DNA of 56,699 bases, counting the filler, from Sluysia triapertura (Eukaryota), in NCBI GenBank assembly GCA_046118255.1. It is 4 parts of 4 records of this genome, joined end to end, with 100 filler letters (N's around TTAATTAATTAA, not from the genome) between each part and the next. Parts side by side here need not be neighbours in the genome. Positions count along the whole stretch, not along the records: positions 15,668 to 32,857 come from JBJNIA010191162.1; positions 32,958 to 45,194 come from JBJNIA010126631.1; 2 more parts are not named here. One strand, written 5' to 3'. Below, one piece after another: positions 22,430-33,919 of this stretch; the stretch's first letter is position 1, and each line of letters starts with the position of its first letter. The translations under genes were made by a program, and so were the position numbers. The notes beneath the pieces were generated by a model that saw only the letters and a list, made by a program, of their open reading frames with translations, was not told the DNA's origin and did no database searches.

Positions 22430-25400
22430 CCCAAATTGGTAGAGGAAAATCATCACATATGGTTCGTTGCCTATACTTTGATGAAAAAATGAGCTCGGTT
22501 CTTAATGAATAAGTAAAAGTTACGAAATAAGTAATTTCAGAAAATGATATTTAATTTTAAAGTTAATTTATAATAAATTTTAATTGTTGTGAAATTATTA
22601 GTACCTTTATTCGATGATAACTTATAAGTGACAATACTCAGGTTTATAATCGTGTGCTCTACTGTTTGGCCAAAATTCATGTTTATCATATGGTTCAATC
22701 TTACACAATATTCATGTTTGAACAAATACAAGTTTATTATTTATGAAGTTTGAGTTTGGGAATGTAAACCCGTAATGAATACCATCTTATAAGTCACATG
22801 AAACATTGGAAAGTGTTCATCGAAAAAAAACTCGAATATTTTTATAACATTCTAACACGTATCTCGGTATTTGAGTTATGAAAATCAAAATATTCAGACT
22901 TAAACATTTGTTCATTGCTGTAAGTGATGGCTACTAATGCTATAAGTATCATAGGCATTAAATGTATCTTTTTGGCATTCTGAGATTTCTACCGAAATTG
23001 ATTAAATAAAACGCTGTGAAAAATAGTATTATAAATAACTTATAAGTGGCCTTTATACTATCGAAAATCAATGGATTAGCTTTATGAATGTTTCTTACCA
23101 ATTTAGTTGTAAATGTTTTGTTGGAAATTGCTGCGTGGATATTTTATTGTTATATTGTTTTATTTCTACAAAATTTTTAATACTACGTGTGTTTTGTGCA
23201 TTATCCATCGTTATTCATATTAGAATTCGTCTATATGCATTATGTATGTTGTTAATATTAAGGATTTAGATAAATTCAATCAATTTCGAAGGCGTGTGGT
23301 AAAATTAATTTTTTAGCAATAAATTTCATTCTCCAGTATCGATTATAAGTATTACTGATCATATTTTTGTTATTTTCCGGTCTTAATAGCTGTGTTCCTG
23401 TTTTAAAATTCTTTCTAAGTATAGTTAAATACACAAATAAAAATAATAATAATGATTAATTTCATCCAAAAAGGAAGTTTTTCTTAAGCTTATTTTCATT
23501 ATTAGTACCTAGTTGAAAACTATGATGCTCGGAAACTATTCCTAATGTATCTGACTCTACTTCGTATGATGCTATTGACCATGTGGAAGAATCCGACGAT
23601 ATATCTGGAAAATAATGAAACGTAGTTGATACTAATGATTTTGGAAGATTTGTTGTAGATTGTAGTAAGTGTGGAATCATTGGTGATACGCGCAAGTTTG
23701 GAATTTGGATTTGCAGTACCATACGCGACCTTGTGAAAATTTTACAAATCCGCATTTATTTGTATTACTATAATTATATCCTTTTATATTATTTTACTTA
23801 TATCTTACATTTGTGTGTCTACCAAATGATCCTTCCAGTGGAAGTAAAGTTGAGACTAAATCTGGATTTGTAATTGCTACTGCTAACATTGTGCGTAGTA
23901 TCGCTTTATTTAATTTCAGACTCTTTGTAACTATTCCTTTCTTAATCTGTAATATTACTGGTCCGAAAGATAAATGCCTTGGTAATTTGTTTCTGCAATC
24001 TCTTTACCGCATCGAATTATTAACCTACTGATATAAATATTAACCTATCTTTATTGGTCATTAAAATTACATAGTTTCTATATCATTTACTCTTTCTTAG
24101 TAATGACTCTTTGTTTTCTTTGTTTATTTGTCTTCTATTTATTTATATTAAGAATTCGTAATTATCCTGATGCACGAATCCAACTTCGCTTAAACTTTAT
24201 TTGTTTTAGAAATACTAATGGATACTGAAATACTAACTCTGGTATCACAACTAGTTTGATCGGTTCAACAAAATTATCATGGCATTATAGTACTTTTTTC
24301 TACGTCAAAACTTTTGATTTCAAACTTAAGTCTCGAGCTACGATAATTGCGCTACATTACTTCTATGTTTGTTTGAGTTTTGAAATTACTACTGTTACTA
24401 CCATTATAATTATTGTAATTGTTCGGTCTTCCTATACTTTTGTTTCTTCCTACAAAATTATCGTTGTGTTGATTATTTGATAATCTAGGCGGTAATAGTG
24501 CTTGTATTTCCGAGAACCAATATTATTTTGATAACTTCTTTCGTTATATACTTTTCTTCGGCTGTAATTTTTTTGTATTTCTTCTGTAATTGTTTCCACA
24601 AAAATTAATGATTCTTTTGCAATTATAATCTGAAGCATTTCAATACTTGGGAGATTCACTTTTTAAATTATATCTTGGGTTTTTATCTCTTTTAAAACTA
24701 GTATTACTCACACAACTTATGTTATCTTTTTCTTCGGCTTGAGATTTCTCGATGTCCCTTAATTTCTTAATTACTTCCTAAAGTGTGGAGGGCGATAATT
24801 TTTTAATTTTATAAATATTAAACCTTAAAAAACAATTTTTACTTTACAAAAACAATTAAACAACTTGAATTTAAATTTAAACAAGAAGGGCTTAAGGCCC
24901 GAAATGATTACTAATAAACAGTAAATTAAAACGCTTAAACAATTCACAAGGTTTATTAATTTACAAACATTATTAAAAGGATATATAGAATATAAATTTT
25001 TAAAACAAGATAAAACAAAAAGTAAATGAATTAGGATGAATTTTATGTGATGAGTTCCCTACACTTCCTTAATTACTTTCGTAACCATCTTTTAAATTTA
25101 TATATTAAAGTTGTATTTTTTATCTTCAGGGATTTTTGTCCTTGCCACTAAACAAATTCGTAAACCGTTCCATTCGGCTTCTGCTTCTTAATATTTAACA
25201 TCTTAATTTATTTTCCAAGGTCATCTAAAGCAATTTCTTCAGCAAAAAAATGTTCCAATTTTGATTTTTTGTATTATCAGCTTCTTTATATGTTGGAATC
25301 CGGTTAAATAATTTTGGATTAAGTTTTTCTATTTCGGTGCAGCTGTTAGTTTCGCTTTTCAAATAAGAAATCATAGAGCTCTTCTTCGGCTCCGTTAAAC

Positions 25401-25440
25401 TACAGTCGGTTTAAATATCTGGGCAAATTGTGCATTTCTT
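22430..25440 (-). mobile_element. Heavily deleted Ty3/gypsy relic related to the 33.9-41.3 kb element
   Basis: Order on the minus strand: gag-like fragments, degenerate protease (CDTRVSIS ~24250), env-like fragments (23800-24030), post-protease linker, then membrane polyprotein pieces clearly homologous to 36.4-39.05 kb (e.g. MISNTYNRYWRMKFIAKKLILPHAFEI; NEQMFKSEYFDFHN; FYLFIKNRAHFF). Confidence 0.8.
24784..25063. mobile_element. Possible solo LTR inserted in the gag relic
   Basis: TGTGGAGGG...CCCTACA termini (TG..CA with imperfect IR), internal AATAAA, non-coding. No clean TSD. Confidence 0.35.
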
Positions 25441-25662
25441 TTGCTTTATTTTTTTTATTTTCCTTATTCCCTATTAAAGCTTATAATGTATTACATTCTA
25501 TGAATAACCACATTTATTATTTAATACACTCTTAATATATATATATTGCTTTTTAATATTTATTACAAATTTTTATTAAGTCTAAAATAATGCTATTTAA
25601 ATTAATAATTTAGCATATGTTAGAATATACTATATGATATGATGATAATTATTTTATTACAG

Positions 25663-25850
25663 ATTATAGATTATTAATGCTTGTAGCTGAGTGTATAACT
25701 TGTCTTTTATTTCCTTTCGTATGGTCTCACGTTTACGCGCCTATTTTGCCGTTGGCTGCTCGCCAATTTCTTAATGCACCACTACCATTTATTATGGGTA
25801 TTCGAACTGGTTGTTATGAAGATGAAGAATCTGTACAGTTGGCGAGTGAG
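25663..25850 (+). CDS. DENND5: DENN domain protein (DENND5/Rab6IP1-like) exon
   Basis: YRLLMLVAECITCLLFPFVWSHVYAPILP...FLNAPLPFIMGI is core cDENN. TTACAG| acceptor and GAG|GTTAAT donor (phase 0). Confidence 0.85.
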
Positions 25851-27092
25851 GTTAATTTAATGTATTTAATATTTTTATATAATTTATAATAATTAAATTA
25901 GATATTTTTTAAGACTATTGATCAAATATTTTAAAATTATTTATATTGTTTCCCATATATAATTATTTTCATGCAATGAATGTTTATGGTTTTAAATAAA
26001 TATAAAACAAAAACTCTGAGAAATATAATCACAAAATTATATCGGTTAAACAAAACACTAAAAATATCAAGGAATATTGTAAATAAAATTGACAGTTTAA
26101 TAAAATTTTTGATACTCATTTTAAAATGGTAATAAATGATATCATTTAAGTTAACGAGGATAAAAAGAAATCGTATAATTGATTGAAGAAACTGAACATT
26201 TTTGTCAACTATGTTCATAATATCTTTAAAAATAATGAATTTATTTGAATAGGCAGTCAAATTTACTTTGGTAATATACTAATAATTTTATAAACTTTTA
26301 CAAAAATTGTAGAAATGTACAATAAAAAATTTATTTTATTAAACTGGAAATAATTATAATAATTACTGACCTTAAACTGATCATTCATTGGCCAGAAAAA
26401 CAATAAGAGTAAATAATCATAGCATGTTAAATGCTTACAATGCTTCATATTGATTAGGTGTAGAGTGTTAACTAAAAATTAAAATAACATTTTCGCAACT
26501 AATGTTATAACCGGAAACAAACTGATAAACAATTATAAATATATACTTGATAAATATTTACCCTTATAACTTGCCACGTCAAATGAAATGAAGATAAACT
26601 ATTATTAAAATCATTTATGTATGTATGTATAATACTAAAAAATTCAAAAGTAATAGTTACTTAGAGAGTAGAAGCTTATTATTATGCTTTTGTTATTGAA
26701 ATGGATGATAGATTTTGGTTAATATTTATAACTGAATCTAAAATACTTCCAAAAATATAACCATAAAACTAATATTTCATATAATTATTACTGTGTTGAT
26801 TGTAGTTATATTTGTTAAAAACATTATTTATCTGTTTATATCCATTTAATCTAATGTTTCGGAAACATCTTTAGAATAAATAAAGCTAGCTCAAAATTCC
26901 ACAATGAAAAATCAAAAGCAAGCTTACGGTTGAAAATGAACTTCACAATAAAGTTTAAAATGTGTTCCATGTTTAATATATTTTGTACACAGTTTAAAAT
27001 TATGTCTTATATGGTGATCATTTTTAATAAATTAATTAAGTTAATTAATTTGTTCAATAATAACAAATATTAATTCATATTTAACTATAAAG

Positions 27093-27246
27093 GCATCAGT
27101 ATGTTATGTCAATGTTGATAAAAAAATGGTTCGTACTCCTGAAGGCATCCCATCTTTTCCATTTGAATTAGAGCTTCGAAAATTAATAACGGACTTGTTA
27201 ATGGATAGTGTTAAAGACAATGTACGGTGTATCGAACCTAATCTTA
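27093..27246 (+). CDS. DENND5: DENND5-like exon
   Basis: ASVCYVNVDKKMVRTPEGIPSFP continues the DENN fold (cf. ANLCFVDID...PEDLPQFP). AAG|GCA acceptor (phase 0) and A|GTAAGT donor (phase 1). Confidence 0.85.
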
Positions 27247-27364
27247 GTAAGTATTATAGCATTCTTAATAAAATTATTATTATTATTATTGTTGTTGTTA
27301 TTATATACTGTGTTATATTATTTCGTGGTATTATATATTACAGATGATGATTATGATTATGGCG

Positions 27365-27366
<2 letters not shown>

Positions 27367-27413
<47 letters not shown>
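27367..27413. repeat. (TAT)n microsatellite in intron
   Basis: Perfect run just upstream of a splice acceptor. Confidence 0.9.
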
Positions 27414-27416
<3 letters not shown>

Positions 27417-27431
27417 TGTTATTATTTATAG

Positions 27432-27607
27432 TAAGTAAACAGAAAGTACCTTCAAATTCAAAAGCTTCTATAAAACTACAGTCTCTTTCAAGATTACCAC
27501 CACGTCCTATTCCTCCATCTACACAAACTTCTCTTTTTAAGTCAACTGTTTCAAATTCCGATGTAAAAACTACAAATTTCGATGAACTAATTGACGTTTC
27601 GTCTGGG
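27432..27607 (+). CDS. Probable next DENND5-like exon (S/P-rich linker)
   Basis: TATAG| acceptor is phase-1 compatible. Open frame SKQKVPSN...LPPRPIPPS, ending at a GGG|GTTTGT donor. Confidence 0.6.
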
Positions 27608-28657
27608 GTTTGTTTAGATATCATTAAATTTATGTCATTTATTTTTTACAATTCATTATTTAAAATTTATTATTAAATTTTAATTTAATTTACACGAAAT
27701 CAAAATTATAGTTTTAATTTTACAAGTACAAGTAGAAATAACTGTATTTTCTTTACTTTTAAAATTAACTTCATTATAAAAATATAATAATAATATTTAA
27801 ATAAAAATTTATAGTATTGAAAATTAATAAACACCCAAAATTGTATAGCATTATCTAGATATATTTTGTTAGTAATTTTTATTTTATAAAGTTATTTCCT
27901 GAGAAATATAAACTTCGAAGAAAATTCGAATCTAAATATTAACTAAATAAATAAATAGGAATAACTAATTGAGTTAAGTGATAATGCTTTTTTCTAGATT
28001 AACTATATAAATTTGTAATAGAAAAATAAAATAAATATACATAATTGCAAGTTACTTTGTTATCTTTTAAAATTTATTTATCCATTCGATTTTAATTTCT
28101 AAAGTCGTTTTGCTTTGATATTTTAAACTTTGACTATTATTCAATGATTATCGTCAGTACTTTTGACTCTCCGTGGATTGCCATAGATGGATGTGTTAAA
28201 TTCAATATGAGTTTGAGTCCGATATTCTCGTAAAATCTAAATCAAGCTTCTACAGAATATTTATTTAGCATTGTAAAATTTAAAAAATGTGTTTTAATGA
28301 TATTATATGTTATATTTTAGTCTCACGTTTTAATTCTAGTCGGTTTTAGACTTTAATTCTCAAAATTTATTCTTTTATTGATAATTTTAAACTCTAAGAT
28401 TTTCAAATTCTGTTCCTTAATAGAATTTTCAAATTGTATTTAATGTAAAACTGATAACTTTAATTATAATTCTTTAATTGTTTATCGTTATTACAATTTA
28501 ACATTTACCGATAAACATAAATGTTAACTTTATGTTTATAAATTACTTCAAAGTTTATTCTCTGTCATTCTTCACTTATTAATCCAGTGATTCTTGATCT
28601 ACATTAAATTCTCTTTATAACTTTAACTTAAATGCGCTCTTTCTCTTTTACTTAATA

Positions 28658-29094
28658 CCGTGTTTCACGAAAATAAGACCTAGCGTGATGTTTCAGGATT
28701 ATTTTAATTTCAGACCTACCTCTAAAATAAGCCCTGGTTAATATCCGATTAAGATACCTGATAAAAGTCAATGAAAGGCTTGATACGACGTTCAATGCAT
28801 TCTTTAGCATATACGTTAAAGTACAATCCATTCTGAGATACTTTCAATGAAATTCAGTTAAATGAAAACTCCGCATAAACTTTGGAATCAAGTGACTTGA
28901 AACACTTTCCAGAGGACGACGATATGGTCATTTTTGAATGATTTACAGTTAGTGGTTTTTAAAAATATATTTTAGAAAATATGTATTTAGAAATTTCATA
29001 ATTCTCTACTTTGTAACTTTGTTTTTCGATAGATTAAATAGAAACCCCTTCAAAAATAAGCCCTAGTATCACAGTTTGGAGTGAAAATTAATAT
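28658..29094 (+). mobile_element. Tc2/pogo-like non-autonomous DNA transposon, truncated
   Basis: TA|CCGTGTTTCACGAAAATAAGACCT terminus, repeated AAAATAAG(A/C)CCT motifs and a TTTGGAG..AAAATTAATAT subterminal block. The second TIR is missing. Confidence 0.65.
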
Positions 29095-30065
29095 TTGGGG
29101 TTGTAACTGTTAATATCAGATTAAAATTAAAATACATTGAATTATAAAAATTTATTGAATTGTTAGGAAAATAATTGGTTAATTTTATTTTAAAACTTTT
29201 TATATCTACTTTGGTATCAATATCGTTAAGAAAATAAAAACATAAAATTTTATTTTGACATACAGAAAATCTAATTTTTATATCTAATGCTAATAAAATT
29301 TGTTACTTATCTCTTATTTTGTCCAAAATAGGATACATTGCCAAAAGTTCGAATTGTGGATTCCTAAAAAATAAATAATCGATATAAAACTCATGTTCAG
29401 AAGATAACAAAATTATAATTACTTTCAGTATCGATTTATGATGCGGATCATTATTGTTCAACTTTTCTAAATTTGAATCAATTATAAAATTACTAAATTT
29501 ACGGGTTCGCCTGTGATGCACGATTTATTTTTACGTGAAAAAACGTGTTCACAAGGATTTTTGGTGTCAAGTACTGCGCAAAAGGATTCCTTATTACTTG
29601 AATGCAATTTCTTAGTCGTTACGATACTTACTACATCGATTAACTTCATATATTTAATAACTATTTAATTAAATTCTAAAAAGAATGAAGTTATAACTTT
29701 ACTAAATGTATTATTCAAAATTACGACTCTTGTAATTAAAATAAGAAGAACCTCTAAAACGAATGTAAGTACTCTCAAATATAACAAAATACAAAAATTA
29801 TACAATAATTTTAAAGATATAAATATGTAAGTATAAAACTTCAGGATTTCTCCTGGATAAACAAATATTAGATTTTAGCTGAGATTTTGACTCAGGCGAA
29901 TGCTTGAGTTTTGGAAATAAATTAGTGATTTTACGTTGATTTTAAGGCAAGTTATTTATGCCAGAACCTTACAAAAATAAACATACTTATTCATGGAATT
30001 GTTAAGTAATTGTTAAATTTCTAATATCTGCGATCGTGTTAAATTTAATATTTGCAATTAATTCG

Positions 30066-30139
30066 CGTATCCGAACAATGTCTGCGAACAATCCACGTAT
30101 CAAAATAATGTCTGCGAAAAATCCACGTATCCAAAAATG
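30066..30139. repeat. 30-bp tandem repeat, about 2.5 copies
   Basis: CGTATC..AA.AATGTCTGCGAA.AATCCA units start at 30066, 30096 and 30126. Confidence 0.85.
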
Positions 30140-32093
30140 AGAAGTGCAAATCGCGTTACTATTGTTATTAGTATAGTTGTGAGAATCTTCGTTATAATTT
30201 TATGTCTTTTATATTGTTTTCCATGAATAAACGTTTAAATAAATAATTTTGTTTTTTAATGTAAATATTTACAAAATTAAATAAAGTTACTTTTCAATCA
30301 AATAATTAATATAAATAAAAAGTAATAATATAAATAAATCGTATGTTTTTATTTCCTTTCGATCTTTAAAATTTTTTGACCTTTAGAATTAATTAATATT
30401 TTTCGTACTGATTAATTTTTTTAATTAATGATTTTTAAAAATTTTTATTTAATTTTATAAAAATTTCTTTAAATTTATACAAAGAATTCTTTTAAATTTA
30501 CAAAAATGTACAAAATGTCTTTAATTTTATTATTATTTACACATTGATAATAAGAATAAAACAGCAATAAGATAGGTAATAATAATAACAATATCAATAA
30601 TGGCAAAACAATGACAAAAGTAGTAAAACAATAATAAAATTGTAATAAGAAAATAATAAAATTATTTGGTTCGTTTATAGTTTAAGTTAATAGGGATTGT
30701 TAAAGGTGTGCAGCTTGTGCAAGAGAATTTGTTGACGAATGAGAGCATGTAACGATGTACAAATATCAGAATGAATAGTAGTGATTAAATTGTTTGTATT
30801 ATGATTATGTCTAAAAGCATATTGTTATTTGAAAGTATATAGTGGTTTGGGTCCTCGACGCATCATAATCTAACGGACTAATGCACGATTATAACATGAT
30901 TTCTCTGTCATGATAAGTACCGGCTTTAAATTCTAGAGATACTCTTAAAATAATCGTTCAATAATTGAATTATATTATTGTGAATATTAAAACAAAATAT
31001 ATTTTGTTAACCTAAATTTAATTATAACTTTTCAAAAAAAATCAAAATTTTCTTAATTTTTTCATTAATAGATTTGCTGCTGACTACACGCACCACGTAA
31101 ACGATAAACAATCATGAAGTAAACATAATATATAAAATTTATACATTTAGAACATCTGATTAGCAATTTATAAACATAGATTTTTAATTCTTAATGTTAA
31201 TTTTGTGTTTTGTTATTGACTTCCTAAATTAAATACAGTAATAAAATATTTTTAAATAATGTTATTAAACTTTCCAAAATTTAATTCAACTAGTGAAATG
31301 TATAAATATAACCGTAAACGTTAAGATTCAAATCACTTTTGTATTTTTGTTCACCAGGATTACACATGAATTTTATTATACCACTGTGGTCGACGTAGTA
31401 CAGTTTAATGATATTTTGATTGACAATTATTCCAGATTGATTAGGACCAACAATATTACATTGTGGTTGCAGATAATCAGAAATACTATCATGATAAATT
31501 GGTTAAGTGGTATGTATGTGAAGCATTAACAAGATTACCGTAGGGGTTTAAGAAATATTTAAGTGAATAATTTATTTTGAACAATTTTAAAAATATAATG
31601 ATGTGGGACCAGTGGAAATAATAACAACAGCAGTAACAGAATAACAATAACAGGGATAAAATGTTGTGTAATAAAGTATATTCACAGAAGAAAAACAAAT
31701 GAAAACATTGAAACGACAATAATAGTTATAATAGCAGTAATGATAGTGATAGAATTATGTATTGATTAGCTGTTGTGATTCCTTTTCACTAATATCGTTG
31801 GAACACTCAACAAATTACAATTTTTTCAATCTGTATTTTATTAAAATTTTAAAAATTTAATTCAAATAAATAATCAATTTAAAGCATTAAAACAAAACAT
31901 AAAGAACATATTTAATATGATGTACAATTTATAAATTGTACTTTAATGAGTTAATAAATAAAAAATGTTTCTTAAAATACTAACCAATCAAAAGAAAATT
32001 ATTTACCATATCATAATAAGATTCAATACCAATTTTGTTACCGTATTTCTATTTTTAAAATAAATTAATTTTATTTACATAAGTAAAACTAAC

Positions 32094-32364
32094 TTCACAA
32101 GTTTCATGTACTAATGTTACTATATCTTCTAATTGTTGATAAAAAGCTATCTTGAATTTTTCCAATTGTTGTTCTTGCAAATCAATAAACTTTTCTGGTT
32201 CAAGAGGCAATGAATCATTTATGATTACTCCTGATAAATTTTTGTAACTAGCTTCTTCAGAAATTGAGATTGATTTAACAACATTTTGTGATATGAATTC
32301 AATTTTAGATAGACAATTTTCAAATATTGTGTTCACTCTTACTAAACTGTGGGACAAGGCAAAT
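32094..32364 (-). CDS. Exon resembling the N-terminal tail of an axonemal dynein heavy chain (DNAH6-like)
   Basis: LSHSLVRVNTIFENCLSKI...EKFIDLQEQQL...IVTLVHETCE recalls DNAH6 'L..NLFIVN..L..ALLKI...L.EF...Q...L...V...C'. ATGCAG| acceptor and GAA|GTTAGT donor. The exon structure is solid; the identity is tentative. Confidence 0.45.
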
Positions 32365-32368
32365 CTGC

Positions 32369-32400
<32 letters not shown>

Positions 32401-32785
32401 TTATTATTATTATTATATATTTGGGGTTTTTAATAAATTATGTACATACTTAATAAATGCTTAACAAATAATGCTTAATAAATAAAATTAAGTAAACTTT
32501 ATTACATAAAAGTTAATTTTAATTACAATGCTGGAAATAATTATAAAAATATTTCTTATTGTATAAATAAATTACAAAACTTTCTAACTGTAACAAAAAA
32601 AACTATGACATTTCAGTGCTAAAGTAAATTTGTCATAATTTGAAAAGATGAATAATTTCTTCAACTCATGTTCGTCATTTTTGTGTAATATTTGTAAAGT
32701 AATTTGTAAACAATTGAACTATCATGAAAGAAAAATGTGATTATAAATAAGTATATAGTTTGAAACATTTTAAAATAAAAAAATA

Positions 32786-32857
32786 CAGTGGAATCCGCTT
32801 AATCGGACCACATCTGGACACAATTTTTTTGGTCCGATTAAGCGGCTGGTCCCATTA
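32786..32857 (+). mobile_element. Tigger/pogo-like transposon terminus running into the gap
   Basis: TA|CAGTGGAATCCGCTTAATCGGACC with a perfect 16-bp internal inverted repeat (32795-32810 / 32830-32845), typical of pogo-family ends. Confidence 0.7.
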
Positions 32858-32957
32858 NNNNNNNNNNNNNNNNNNNNNNNNNNNNNNNNNNNNNNNNNNN
32901 NTTAATTAATTAANNNNNNNNNNNNNNNNNNNNNNNNNNNNNNNNNNNNNNNNNNNN
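32858..32957. other. 100-nt scaffold gap with TTAATTAATTAA linker
   Basis: N run with spacer at 32902-32913. Confidence 0.95.
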
Positions 32958-33858
32958 TTTCTGAGGTGGCAATCTTTAAAATGTCAATCTCTTCTCACAT
33001 CTTCTCTTGCCCAATCTAAACTCTCTAACAAATTACTTCTTAGCTCTGAACTTTCCGATAATGCCTTCTTCTTCTTACTTAAAGCTCGTACCAATACTTT
33101 GCCTCTTAACTTTTCTGCACGCAATCTTAAAACTAACTCCCTTACAAACTGCCGAAGATGCCACGTACTAAATCATTGCGCCTTCAACTCTTCTCTAATT
33201 ACTGATCGACATAATCATGCTCTAAACCTTATCTGCTCTTTCTTTAGGGACCGTGGGGTTGATATTGAATGTTACTCTGAGTACAGGCTTTTCTCTAATC
33301 GCTCAGATGTCCCCGATGAGGTAAAAAGACAGCGACCGGATCTCCTTTTTCAATTCAACTCTTGTTTCTATCTAATTGATGTAAAAACGCCTTTTGATAA
33401 AATCGAAACTTTCTCTTCTATTCATAAAGAAAATTCTCTTAAATATCTTCCCTTCTCACAATATCTCTCTAAAATCACTCGCTCTAAAGTTCTGATCTAT
33501 ACTTTAATCTTTCCTTCTCTAGGCTCTATCTATCCAGAAAACTTCAATACTCTCAGAACCTTCAACTTCAACAAATCAGATATCAACAAAATTTTGGTGG
33601 AAATCTCATTCAACATGGTGAAAATGTCTCACAGAATCTTCATCAACTATATTCTGTCCAGATATCCGAAAATCAAACATCTAACAGCTGCTGCAACTGT
33701 TAAATAAAGAAAATAAAGAAAATTAATGACAATTTATCAATCTCAAAGACAATTTGTTCATCTTTTTCGTGATTCATCTTTTCCATTTTCTTCTCATATG
33801 TAAATCATCATAATATACAGCCCTCGGGCATCGATTTAGCGTTTTGTATATAATAAAA
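32958..33858 (+). mobile_element. 3' end of an RLE-endonuclease non-LTR retrotransposon (NeSL/Utopia/R4-like)
   Basis: KARTNTLP, CRRC-HVLNHC (zinc knuckle with spacer deleted), RHN, RPDL...LIDVK..F...KY (PD-(D/E)xK endonuclease). Stop at 33707, short 3' UTR ending in AATAAAAA. Confidence 0.9.
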
Positions 33859-33919
33859 ATTTGGTAGTTCGAATTATAAATTATACGAATGATAATAAAT
33901 GGTTATTTACAGGAACTAA

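Noticed and set aside
29303-29521. Candidate next dynein exon
   Set aside because: The phase-0 reading needed to follow the 32094 donor hits a stop before any donor, and I see no dynein similarity.
30066-30139. Regularly spaced repeats suggestive of a CRISPR-like array
   Set aside because: Head-to-tail 30-bp units with no unique spacers, in a eukaryotic context; more likely a transposon subterminal repeat.
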